A stretch of DNA of 64,000 nucleotides from Candidatus Poribacteria bacterium (GTDB lineage Bacteria > Poribacteria > WGA-4E > PCPOR2b), in the NCBI GenBank assembly GCA_965208325.1, contig OZ242326.1:1728001-1792000 (forward strand), read 5' to 3'. Of the stretch, positions 48,724-58,221 are shown piece by piece (position 1 is the first letter of the stretch; each line of letters begins with the position of its first letter). Below the pieces are notes generated by a model. It had not been told where the DNA came from, ran no database searches, and saw only the letters and a list, made by a program, of their open reading frames with translations. The translations under genes were made by a program, and so were the position numbers.

Positions 48724-51555
48724 ATGGCAAATCGCGAGAAATGTTCTTATCAGAATTCACGTATCAATTTCAAAAAATCTGCGCTAATCTTTCTGATTTT
48801 CAGCATTTTGCAAGTGAATCAAATGAATCAAACCTACGCGGACATTGTCAAAATCCAGTCAGGTGATTCGGTAAGCCGCGACAATTTGGGGCACAGCGTA
48901 TCCATCAGTGGAGAATACGCCATCGTTGGCGCGCCGGGACAAGTTGGTGATTCCGGCACGGCACAAATTTTCTCTCTGAGCGAAAGAGGTTGGGCTCGGC
49001 AAGTGAAACTCACCGGCAGCGATCCAGCGCCCAGCGACAGATTCGGTTCGAGTGTCTCTTTGAGGGGGGATTACGCTATTGTTGGCGCGCCGGGAGACGC
49101 AACACTAGGACCAGACGCAGGCGCAGCGTACGTTTTCATTCGCAAACAGACCGGTTGGGCACTACAGGCAAAACTAATCCCGTCCGACGGAGAGCCGGAA
49201 GACCTATTTGGATTCTCAGTCGCAATGGATGGCGATACCGTTATCGTTGGATCTCACCGCAGCAACGTGCCCGGAGCGGATGCCGGCAGTGCCTATATCT
49301 TTGTGCGCCGCGGGTCTGATTGGATTCAACAGGCAAGACTAATCGCCAATGATGCGAATGAATTTGAGTGGTTCGGTTACGCTGTCGCCATCAGCGGAGA
49401 CACCGCCATCGTTGGAGCAATTAGATCCAATACAACAGGTAAAGATTCGGGGGCGGCGTATATCTTCGTGCGGAACGGCGACCTTTGGACGCAACAGGCG
49501 AAACTTGTCGGCGATAACACAGAACCGCGAGACAACTTTGGATTCTCTGTTGCTGTTAGCGGAGATATTGTTGTCATTGGTTCGCCCGGCAACACCTCTA
49601 CGGGATCCGCATATATTTTTGAGCGTGAAGGCACCGAATGGGTTCAGCGCAGGAACCGTGTTCGGCTTCGGATGTTTCCATACGATCCAAGAGGCAAGGG
49701 GTTGATCCAAAAGTCAGCGTCAGGCTTCGGTTACTCCGTTGCAATCACCGGAAAGAAAATCATTATCGGTTCGCAATCCACCAAGATAGGAACGGCGGCA
49801 GTGGGTACAGCGTACATCTTCGAGCCCGATGAAGGAACTTTTTGGAGACAATCAGAACAACTTGCCGCAAGCAACGGAAAAAGGGACGATAAATTTGGCG
49901 CCGCGGTTGACATCGGTGAAGACTATCTGATTGTCGGGGCGCCGTCGCACAGCGCCGGCGGGAGCGACTCCGGTGTGTCCTATATCTTTGCATCTCATGA
50001 GAACGGTTGGACGCAGCGCGGAATTCTTGTTGATGACGATACCGCAATAGATGACCGGTTTGGCGGAGCAGTATCTATCAGTGGTAACACTGCTATTGTT
50101 GGCGCACAAGAAAATGACGATGCCGGAAGCAACGCCGGCGCCGCTTATGTCTTCGAGCGTCAAGGCACAAATTGGGCGTTGCAAGCCAAGCTCTTTTCTA
50201 ACGAGGCAACATTGGGTGAACTGTTCGGATGCGCCGTCTCAATAAGCGGTGATGTCGCGCTCATTGGCGCGTGCGGCAATGATGACAATGGTCCTAGCGC
50301 CGGCTCCGCCTATGTCTTCATGCGTCACGGTATCGATTGGATTCAGGCGGCGAAACTCATAGGCGGCGACACAAGGATGTTTGACCATTTCGGCGCTTCT
50401 GTTGCGATCGACGGCACAACCGCCGTTATTGGGGCATTTGGCAACGACAATGCCGGAGAAAACTCCGGTGCGGCATACATCTTCACAAGCAACGGAAATA
50501 CCTGGACGCAACAAGCCAAACTCACGAGCGGCGACGCCATTACAGAGGACCTGTTCGGATTCTCTGTATCGGTTAGCGGTGATACTGCCATCGTCGGCGC
50601 CCATCAGAATGACGCCGCTGGCCCTAATTCTGGCGCCGCCTACGTCTTCGCGCGCAACGGCACGCGGTGGCCGCAACAAACAAAATTGCAACCCAAAGAT
50701 GCGGGAATCGGCGACGAATTTGGTTACGCGGTAGCTATCCACGAGAATTTACTCGTCGTGGGAGCGCGCAAGGACGATCACGCGGAAATCGACGCCGGAT
50801 CGGCGTATATCTTTATTCGAAACGAGGAAGGTTGGCAACAGGATGAGAAGATTGTCGCGGACGACGCCGGGTTAGCGGATGAATTCGGCGCAGCTGTCGC
50901 TATAAATGGAAATCGCGTTCTCGTTGGCGCGTGGAAGGACGATCACCCTTTACTCCGCGATACAGATGACCCAGCGGAGGAAATTGATAAAGGGTCGGTG
51001 TATCCCTTTTTGCGTAGCGGATTTTTCTGGACTCAGAAGGAGAGAATTAACGCGCTTAGTCCATTTCGCTATGAGCATTTTGGCGTGGCTGTCGCCATTA
51101 GCAGAAATTTTGCCATTGTTGGAGGGCCCGGCAACGATGAAGCCGGAAATGACGCAGGGGCGGCATATATCTTCAATCCCAGATCGCTCAATTTTATCCT
51201 GCCCAACGAGTCGTTCGCCGTGGAACCGTCTTCGAATAAGATAACATCGCTCGGACAAATCAAACGATCATCGCTCCTCCAGAATTACCCCAATCCGTTT
51301 AATCCCGAAACCTGGATTCCCTATCGGCTCTCAACGGCGGCAAATGTTGAAATTTTAATCTATGGTATTACCGGAAATCACGTCCGCACGCTTCAGTTAG
51401 GCAATAAAGCCAGAGGAGCGTATACTGTAAAGGATGAAGCCGCTTACTGGGACGGCCGAAATGATACGGGTGAGCGGGTTTCCAGCGGGATATATTTCTA
51501 TCGTCTGTCAGCAGGCGATTATGCTGCTACTCGGCGGATGGTGATTGTCGAATGA
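48724..51555 (+). CDS. FG-GAP (integrin-alpha-like) repeat protein with a C-terminal FlgD/T9SS-like sorting domain
   Basis: 14 FG.SV.I.G...VGA...G.AYIF repeats; AVEPSSNKITSLGQIKR linker; LLQNYPNPFNPETWIPY...WDGRN..GERVSSGIYFYRL. Confidence 0.92.
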   Translation: MANREKCSYQNSRINFKKSALIFLIFSILQVNQMNQTYADIVKIQSGDSVSRDNLGHSVSISGEYAIVGAPGQVGDSGTAQIFSLSERGWARQVKLTGSDPAPSDRFGSSVSLRGDYAIVGAPGDATLGPDAGAAYVFIRKQTGWALQAKLIPSDGEPEDLFGFSVAMDGDTVIVGSHRSNVPGADAGSAYIFVRRGSDWIQQARLIANDANEFEWFGYAVAISGDTAIVGAIRSNTTGKDSGAAYIFVRNGDLWTQQAKLVGDNTEPRDNFGFSVAVSGDIVVIGSPGNTSTGSAYIFEREGTEWVQRRNRVRLRMFPYDPRGKGLIQKSASGFGYSVAITGKKIIIGSQSTKIGTAAVGTAYIFEPDEGTFWRQSEQLAASNGKRDDKFGAAVDIGEDYLIVGAPSHSAGGSDSGVSYIFASHENGWTQRGILVDDDTAIDDRFGGAVSISGNTAIVGAQENDDAGSNAGAAYVFERQGTNWALQAKLFSNEATLGELFGCAVSISGDVALIGACGNDDNGPSAGSAYVFMRHGIDWIQAAKLIGGDTRMFDHFGASVAIDGTTAVIGAFGNDNAGENSGAAYIFTSNGNTWTQQAKLTSGDAITEDLFGFSVSVSGDTAIVGAHQNDAAGPNSGAAYVFARNGTRWPQQTKLQPKDAGIGDEFGYAVAIHENLLVVGARKDDHAEIDAGSAYIFIRNEEGWQQDEKIVADDAGLADEFGAAVAINGNRVLVGAWKDDHPLLRDTDDPAEEIDKGSVYPFLRSGFFWTQKERINALSPFRYEHFGVAVAISRNFAIVGGPGNDEAGNDAGAAYIFNPRSLNFILPNESFAVEPSSNKITSLGQIKRSSLLQNYPNPFNPETWIPYRLSTAANVEILIYGITGNHVRTLQLGNKARGAYTVKDEAAYWDGRNDTGERVSSGIYFYRLSAGDYAATRRMVIVE

Positions 51556-51620
51556 ACGCAGCGGTCAACAATCACCATGGAAACCGAGCCGTGTGAAGTT
51601 GGCGCGGCGGCGGGCCTCAA

Positions 51621-54080
51621 TTAGCTTGTGTCTGTAATGATTAACGGCTCAAGCTCATGCGATGCTTTGATTTGGTCAATCAATTCCGCGGCTTCTTCCT
51701 TATCGCTAAACTGGCCGACAGTCACACGATACCATTGCTCAGAATCAATCATCACTGGAGCAAGATGAACTGCTTCCTCCAAGCCTAACGATTCCAATAA
51801 CTCAACGAGCACTTCGGCGTTTTCTCGGCTTTTGAATGAACTCACTAGGAGAGTGAACTTTTGCGCGTACATGGATTCAGCTTCAATCGCATCTTTTTCG
51901 GTGTATTGCGATGCCGAAACCGCCGCGTTTTCCTGCACTTGTAAATCCGCCTCATCTTTGATTACTACAACTTCAACACGCCGATTTTTTTGTCGATTTG
52001 CCTCTGTTTCATTGTCGGTGACGGGCCGTTCTTCACCATAGCCGACAGCCGACAACTGCGATGGGTCAATATCAAATTCATCTACCAGATACGCCATGAC
52101 TGCATTCGCACGTTTTCGAGACAACTCGAGATTGAATGCGGCATCGCCGCGGTCATCGGTGTGCCCTTCGATAACGGCTCGAGCGTACGGGTCAGTGTTG
52201 AGTGCTTCTGCTACCTTCTCAAGTGATGGCCGTGACGCATCATTGATTTCGAACGAGTTTGAGTCGAATGCCAATCCCGGCAACGACAGAATCCGTTCAC
52301 GCGCTTCAACTTGTTCAGTCACCACAGGTTCTTCGTCAAGCCCTCTATTCAAATCAATGAACGCGAAGGTCGTTTCGTTAGTTGAACGATTCCCCGCAAG
52401 GTCGTGGACCGTGAGTCCGCATCTGTATCGGGGATCCGTGCCCGCGGGAAGGTCGTGTCTGCGCCAGTTGTTCCAAACCATCGTATTCGGCGGAGTGCCC
52501 TCTCCCTTTATCTGGTCGATAGCGCGGCCGGCATCGTTGAAGAACTCAAATTCCCAATGCGTAATCGGATTCTGGTCTGAAGCCTGCACATGAACGGTCG
52601 GCAGGTTGACAACTAAGTCGTTGCTCGCAAATTCATCGTGAGGTTGAACCCCCGCCTGCGTCGACAGAATCAGCGGTTCAGCGGATACTTTCAGCACAGC
52701 AGGGGTCGTATCAACAATAAATGCCATTTTGCGCTGTGGAAGCCGCTTGCCTGCCTCATCCGAATAGATGAGTTGCGCGGTGTACCGCCCATCACCCACT
52801 GGATTCCCTACCACATCCTTTCCATTCCACTCAACGGCGTTCATCGGTTTTCCTGTGCCAGAAAACGTCTGTACCATTTCGCGAAATTCGTTCCGAATTT
52901 CCAATTGCCAAGCGGCATCTTCAGCCACGTCAATTTCAAAGGTCACCACGTCCTTGACCCCATCGCCGTTTGGCGAGATGGCTTCTTCAGAAATCCGCAA
53001 ACCTGTTTGGACCTGCTGCGGCATCAATATCTGCGTCGGTTCCGGCGGTTCCGCGGGTTTCATCGGCTGCACTTCAGCCGCGGTTACGATTGGCGGTTGA
53101 TGCGCAGGCGTGCTTTCGGATCCCCCCCAACGTATCGTCGCCGAAATCCAATGGATTCCCTGATCCAATTCATTTCCACTAACATAAGCATAGTCAAGCT
53201 GCCCGGAATCACTGCGAACCCCAAATCCCCTCGACCATTCACCTTCAGTGAATCGGTCGTAGTTGGCGATTCCCGTATAGCCGATTCGGAGGCCAAATCG
53301 ATTATTGAATAACCATCTCTCTGCGCCTAAATGCGTCCGAAAGCGATTCTGCCAATGGTCTTGCTTATCGTTGTGAAGGACGATATCGCCGGAAAAGATG
53401 GTGTTGCCGTCGAGGCGGTAGGTCGTTCCGAGCCGCGTTATAGGCGCAATCTTTTTGACAAGCTGACCGTTTTCAAAGAAATGCCCCCCCAACTCTTCGA
53501 AAGCTAAACCGAAGGCGATACGACGGCCTTCACGATGCAAATTCCGTGAAAACGAAAATCCCAAATCGAAACTCCATCCGAGCTGCGTTCGTAATGCAAA
53601 GTTTCGGCGATGATGGCGAATCGCCGCGCCGGCCGCAACATCCCGCCCTAACGAAAGGCCGTATCCGACCATCATGAGCCGGTTCACTTCAACATCGCTT
53701 CCCCATCCATCAAACCACGAGGATACAGACACATTCCCGATATTTTGCTTTGCAATTCCTAATTCCTGCGGATTAAGTGCAAATGAAAAGGCGGCTTCTC
53801 GCTTTCCAGCCGATTCCGAGAACGGTAACCCGACCAGCGTTGTCTCTGAACCGTTCAAATAGCCCAACGCTGAAGCATTCCAAAATTGGCTGTCACTTGA
53901 CGATTCTCCAGCGGTGAATGCGCTTCCCATTCCGAGCGCCCTGACATTAGTTCCAACGAATATCCGGCGGCGATGCTCGAAATCTGAATTTGTCAACCCA
54001 ATTGATGTGAGCCCAAAAGAGAAGATGAATATTGCCAATGCCAACTGTGCGTAAACTGTAAGATTGTTGTGAGTTTTCAT
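51621..54080 (-). CDS. PorV/PorQ(UPF0164)-like barrel + FlgD-Ig + OmpA C-terminal + SPOR fusion protein
   Basis: NVRALGMGSAFTA..FWNASAL...LDYAY..HWISAT; ISPNGDGVKD..WNGKD..DGRY; IEGHTDDRG..NLELSRKRA..NRRVE; VSSFKSRENA..WYRVTVGQF. Confidence 0.85.
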   Translation of the reverse strand: MKTHNNLTVYAQLALAIFIFSFGLTSIGLTNSDFEHRRRIFVGTNVRALGMGSAFTAGESSSDSQFWNASALGYLNGSETTLVGLPFSESAGKREAAFSFALNPQELGIAKQNIGNVSVSSWFDGWGSDVEVNRLMMVGYGLSLGRDVAAGAAIRHHRRNFALRTQLGWSFDLGFSFSRNLHREGRRIAFGLAFEELGGHFFENGQLVKKIAPITRLGTTYRLDGNTIFSGDIVLHNDKQDHWQNRFRTHLGAERWLFNNRFGLRIGYTGIANYDRFTEGEWSRGFGVRSDSGQLDYAYVSGNELDQGIHWISATIRWGGSESTPAHQPPIVTAAEVQPMKPAEPPEPTQILMPQQVQTGLRISEEAISPNGDGVKDVVTFEIDVAEDAAWQLEIRNEFREMVQTFSGTGKPMNAVEWNGKDVVGNPVGDGRYTAQLIYSDEAGKRLPQRKMAFIVDTTPAVLKVSAEPLILSTQAGVQPHDEFASNDLVVNLPTVHVQASDQNPITHWEFEFFNDAGRAIDQIKGEGTPPNTMVWNNWRRHDLPAGTDPRYRCGLTVHDLAGNRSTNETTFAFIDLNRGLDEEPVVTEQVEARERILSLPGLAFDSNSFEINDASRPSLEKVAEALNTDPYARAVIEGHTDDRGDAAFNLELSRKRANAVMAYLVDEFDIDPSQLSAVGYGEERPVTDNETEANRQKNRRVEVVVIKDEADLQVQENAAVSASQYTEKDAIEAESMYAQKFTLLVSSFKSRENAEVLVELLESLGLEEAVHLAPVMIDSEQWYRVTVGQFSDKEEAAELIDQIKASHELEPLIITDTS

Positions 54081-54349
54081 GGTACAAGCTCCACTTCCGA
54101 GTTGTGTGTTGTATTGCGCTGCCGCGCCATACAGTATCCTCTATTATATGAACATTAACATCGCAGAACAATTTTGTCATACAAACGACTTTAATAGACT
54201 GATGGATACAAAAAAGGGGAAGAATCAATGTCACGCATGAGGTGGGGAGCTTGAATCGTTTCGAAGTGGCCGGTACTGCCGTGAAACGTCTAATGCAACA
54301 ACTCGATGCCGCAAACGCAGTCAGGTTAGGCTATTGTGGTGGGAACGGC

Positions 54350-55243
54350 TTAATTTGCGCTGCTAGATTTTGCAAGAAACTCCTCAGCGAACGCAATAAT
54401 CGCTTCCGCGACCTTGATGCCGGTCGACGCTTCGACCTCCTCAAAGCCGGGCGATGGATTGACCTCTAATATCAGCGGGCCCGCGGATGTTTGCAACAAA
54501 TCAACGCCAGCCACTTCTAATCCCATCGCAGCCGTGGCGCGCAGCGCTGTGTCAATGTATTCGTCTCGGAGATGAATCGGATGTCCTTCTCCGCCGCGAT
54601 GAATATTTGTCCTGAACTCTCCGGCGGGCGCCGTACGCCGCATCGCAGCGACTACCTTTCCGCCGACGACAATTGCGCGCGCATCATGTCCTGAAGATTC
54701 CTGGATAAACGGCTGTATAACGTAATCTTGATGCAGGTCGCACATTGCATCGACCGCAGAGGCGAGGGAGGTCTGCGTATCCAGAAGTAGAAACGCCTTC
54801 CCGTGCGTTCCTTCGAACGGTTTCATGATGAACGGGAATTCGCCCGTCTCCCGGACGCATCGATCCAAAAATTGAGCTGAACCGGCGGTGAAACTCGGCG
54901 GTACCGGCAAACCGTGTTGAGCGAGGATGCGGAGGGATCGGAATTTGTTCCGGGCATTGGCAATCGATTGCGCCCGGTTGATTGCGGGGACGCCGGCCCA
55001 TTCAAAGTGCGCAATGACCTCCTCGCCGTATTTCGCTGTGGAAGAACTCAGGCGAGGCAGGACGACATCGAAGTCGTTGACCGGGGAATCTTCGTAGTAA
55101 ATCTGCCTCCCTTCGCCGCCAACGTGCAGGTAAAACCCGAACGGGTTGAGGACAAATGGAGTATGCCCCATCGCACGGGAAGAATCAACCAATCGGCGGG
55201 TCGCATAATTCTGGCTGGCGAGGGAGAGGATGGCAATCTTCAT
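54350..55243 (-). CDS. rimK: RimK-family alpha-L-glutamate ligase (ATP-grasp)
   Basis: MKIAILS, KPFEGTHG, VVAAMRR..GEFRTNIHRGG, AGVDLL, EVNPSPG. Confidence 0.88.
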   Translation of the reverse strand: MKIAILSLASQNYATRRLVDSSRAMGHTPFVLNPFGFYLHVGGEGRQIYYEDSPVNDFDVVLPRLSSSTAKYGEEVIAHFEWAGVPAINRAQSIANARNKFRSLRILAQHGLPVPPSFTAGSAQFLDRCVRETGEFPFIMKPFEGTHGKAFLLLDTQTSLASAVDAMCDLHQDYVIQPFIQESSGHDARAIVVGGKVVAAMRRTAPAGEFRTNIHRGGEGHPIHLRDEYIDTALRATAAMGLEVAGVDLLQTSAGPLILEVNPSPGFEEVEASTGIKVAEAIIAFAEEFLAKSSSAN

Positions 55244-55487
55244 GTTTTCTTAATACGTAAGATGAAGGGACTGTGTCCGTTACGAAACACGGAAATAATA
55301 ACACAGATTGACCCGAATATCAAAACCAAGTGTTCCGAGCGTTGTTGCCCGCCGCACCAGAGACTTGTCCATGCGATGAGAATCAGCTTTTCCGCTTGAC
55401 AACCTCATCGGAATTGGGTCAAAATACGGCGAGTGACTACGGTTTTATTCGGGGCGCGACGGCATTTATGTGAAGCTGAGCGTAATA

Positions 55488-55588
55488 GTAATGACGGGGT
55501 CATTTCGCCCTTTGACCAACGCCGGTATCGGTCCGCCGCCCATACAGATTTGATGTGTGAATAGCGGGTTAGGCGCCCCAACCCCTAC
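55488..55588. repeat. REP pair (REPIN-like)
   Basis: Right REP on minus strand GTAG-GGGTT-GGGGCGCCT-AACCC (55566-55588); degenerate left copy GTAATGACGGGGTCATTTCGCCC. Confidence 0.5.
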
Positions 55589-55701
55589 GGTGGATTGTGT
55601 GTCTTTGCGGTTGTGATTTAACGCCAACAGAGCCTAATGTCTGCCAATACCTTAGTTCCAGATGCACCATTTCCTAGCATCAGCCAATCTTTGAGCTGAA
55701 G

Positions 55702-56568
55702 ATGACCTACTATCAACTGGTGCGTGAGTTTCTGAACCGCACCGGAACCCGCCCTAGAAAAAGACTGGGCCAGAATTTTTTAATTGACCCAAACGTTCTA
55801 GAAAAGATTGTCGCCGCATCGGAAATCACAGACGCAGATTCTGCGTTGGAAATCGGCGCCGGCTTGGGCTTTCTGACGTCGGCACTGGCACTTAACGCCA
55901 AACGCGTCATTGCTATAGAGGTAGACAACGTATTATTTCGAGAATTACAGTGTAGGTTTACGGATTTTCCGCAGGTTAGGTTGATTCACGGCGATGTTCT
56001 CAAAGTAACCCTCTCCCCTTTGCTCGACCAATTCTCTCGCTCCAATACAAAAGTCATCGCAAATTTGCCTTATTCCATTACGACCCCAATCATCTGGAAG
56101 TTATTGAGTCACCACAGACACATTGGAATTTGTGTCCTGATGATGCAAAGGGAGGTCGCTGACCGAATTGCGGCGCTGCCCGGCCGCAAAACTTACGGGG
56201 CACTCACAGTTGGAATTTCTTACTACGCCGAAACTGAGATTGTCGATGTTATTCCACCGGATTGTTTCTATCCGGCGCCTCAGGTCGAATCTGCAATTGT
56301 CAAGCTCAAGATACGAGATGCACCGAAGGTTCGCGTCGCTGATGAAGCCTTATTCTTTCGGATTGTTCGCGCTTCGTTCCAAGCGCGCCGCAAAATGTTG
56401 CGAAACGCGCTGCTAAAAAATAACGTTCCTATCACCGCCGAAGCACTGGATTCCGTCTTTGACAAACTTGAAATTGATTCACGCCGGCGGGGCGAAACAT
56501 TGGAGATTTCAGAGTTTGCCGCTCTTGCAAACGGCATTGCGGAATTAAACAATGGCACAGGACGTTAG
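55702..56568 (+). CDS. rsmA: 16S rRNA adenine dimethyltransferase
   Basis: LGQNFLID, EIGAGLG, ANLPYSIT, MMQREVA, YGAL. Confidence 0.96.
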   Translation: MTYYQLVREFLNRTGTRPRKRLGQNFLIDPNVLEKIVAASEITDADSALEIGAGLGFLTSALALNAKRVIAIEVDNVLFRELQCRFTDFPQVRLIHGDVLKVTLSPLLDQFSRSNTKVIANLPYSITTPIIWKLLSHHRHIGICVLMMQREVADRIAALPGRKTYGALTVGISYYAETEIVDVIPPDCFYPAPQVESAIVKLKIRDAPKVRVADEALFFRIVRASFQARRKMLRNALLKNNVPITAEALDSVFDKLEIDSRRRGETLEISEFAALANGIAELNNGTGR

Positions 56569-56676
56569 CTTCGTTCGATTGAGCGCGCAGCGATTCTACT
56601 GCAACCAGTATTCTACGACAAATGCGAACCCGCAAGCCAAAGCAAAAACGTCCGAACCGAACTAAAACTGTACATT

Positions 56677-58206
56677 ATGCAGAAAATTTACATTTACGTT
56701 CTCATATTAACCGCGCCGCTGGTGTTTTCTTGCGCTCGCTCGAACCCTCCTCCCGATATTCAGCCTCTAGCGGTACATGCCCCGGCGATTGACACAACAT
56801 CCGCGGCGTACTCCGACACTTCAAATAAACACCTGCAAATGGCTCACGGCCGAGTCCCGGCGTCTAATCAGGCATGGGTGTCCCTCATAGAGGAATTTCA
56901 GCGTATCATTGACGCAGATGCAAAAGGTGAATGGGCGGACGATGCTCAATACGCGATAGGTTCATGCTGGATGTGGTTGAGGCAGGACGCGGAGTTGCCG
57001 CCGATCCAGCGGGCGATTGGCGCGTTTCAAAAGTTGATTCAAGATTATCCCAATTCGCCGCATGTCCCTGAAGCGCACTACTGGCTTGGGCATTGCCACG
57101 CAGTTCTCGGCGACCATAATCGGGCTGCGGCGTACTACCAGAAGGTGATTAGCCGATACCTCGATCATCCGATTGCTGATGAAGCACTGTTACAGCTTAG
57201 CCAGTCGTATGAACACCAACGCCACTTTACCTTGGCAAAGACCACATACCAAGCCCTTTCTGAGCGAAGTAATAACCCTGAGATAATCGCCCAAGCAAAG
57301 GAACGCATTGCTAATCTCAAGTCTAAAGAGATTGAACCTACCGCCGCTAATAAGAGCAGTTTGCCGCCCAAACCAATCGTACGGGTGCCGGTACTCCCTA
57401 AGCCGCAACCGCCAAAAAGGGCGCCAATGTTACGAAAGACAGCACCTACGCCTGTAAAAAAGGAGGCTGCGCCCGTCAAACCAATCGCCAATCCGTCGTT
57501 GATTCAACAACTTGGACTTGATGTTAAAACCATCATCATAGATCCCGGGCACGGCGGAAAAGATCCCGGCGCGGTTAATCGGGCGAGGCAGGAAAAAAGT
57601 ATTGTGCTAGGCATCTCAAAAATGCTCCGCGATCTCTTGGTGGAAAAGGGGTATAAAGTTCGTATGACCCGTGAGACCGATGTCTATATCCCGCTCGAAA
57701 ATCGAGCAAAATTTGCAAAGAAGGGGCAAGGCGATCTTTTTATCAGCATTCATGCCAATGCCAGCCACAGCGCCAGCGCATCAGGAATCGAGACGTACTA
57801 TCTCGCGCTCGCGTCCGATGCATCCGCGCGAATAACCGCCGCACGAGAAAACGCAGGTACGAATTATAGCATTCAAGCACTCGATAAGTTGGTGGGAGAT
57901 ATCCTCAAGGAGAGCAAGAGTTCAGAAAGCCGCAGCCTCGCACAGTTTATTCAAGAACAACTGGTTGCCGCAACGGGCGCAAGGAATCGCGGTGTAAAGC
58001 ACGCCCCCTTTGTTGTACTGATTGGCACCAAAGTGCCGTCGGTGCTCGTCGAAATTGGGTTTCTATCGAATTCAACGGAATCGAGAAAGCTCGTTGCCAA
58101 GACGTACCAGCGTAAAATAGTCCGGGCGATTGCCGAGGGGATTGAGCGCTACGTCAGAAATTTTCCGCTCGCGGCGGCACATCTGAATCCAATAGCAAGC
58201 AACTAA
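56677..58206 (+). CDS. TPR-lipoprotein N-acetylmuramoyl-L-alanine amidase (Amidase_3)
   Basis: Lipobox-like VFSC, TPR helices, Pro/Lys linker, IDPGHGGKDPG, EK, SIHAN, LVEIGF. Confidence 0.92.
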   Translation: MQKIYIYVLILTAPLVFSCARSNPPPDIQPLAVHAPAIDTTSAAYSDTSNKHLQMAHGRVPASNQAWVSLIEEFQRIIDADAKGEWADDAQYAIGSCWMWLRQDAELPPIQRAIGAFQKLIQDYPNSPHVPEAHYWLGHCHAVLGDHNRAAAYYQKVISRYLDHPIADEALLQLSQSYEHQRHFTLAKTTYQALSERSNNPEIIAQAKERIANLKSKEIEPTAANKSSLPPKPIVRVPVLPKPQPPKRAPMLRKTAPTPVKKEAAPVKPIANPSLIQQLGLDVKTIIIDPGHGGKDPGAVNRARQEKSIVLGISKMLRDLLVEKGYKVRMTRETDVYIPLENRAKFAKKGQGDLFISIHANASHSASASGIETYYLALASDASARITAARENAGTNYSIQALDKLVGDILKESKSSESRSLAQFIQEQLVAATGARNRGVKHAPFVVLIGTKVPSVLVEIGFLSNSTESRKLVAKTYQRKIVRAIAEGIERYVRNFPLAAAHLNPIASN

Positions 58207-58221
58207 ATTACGAGGAACGCA

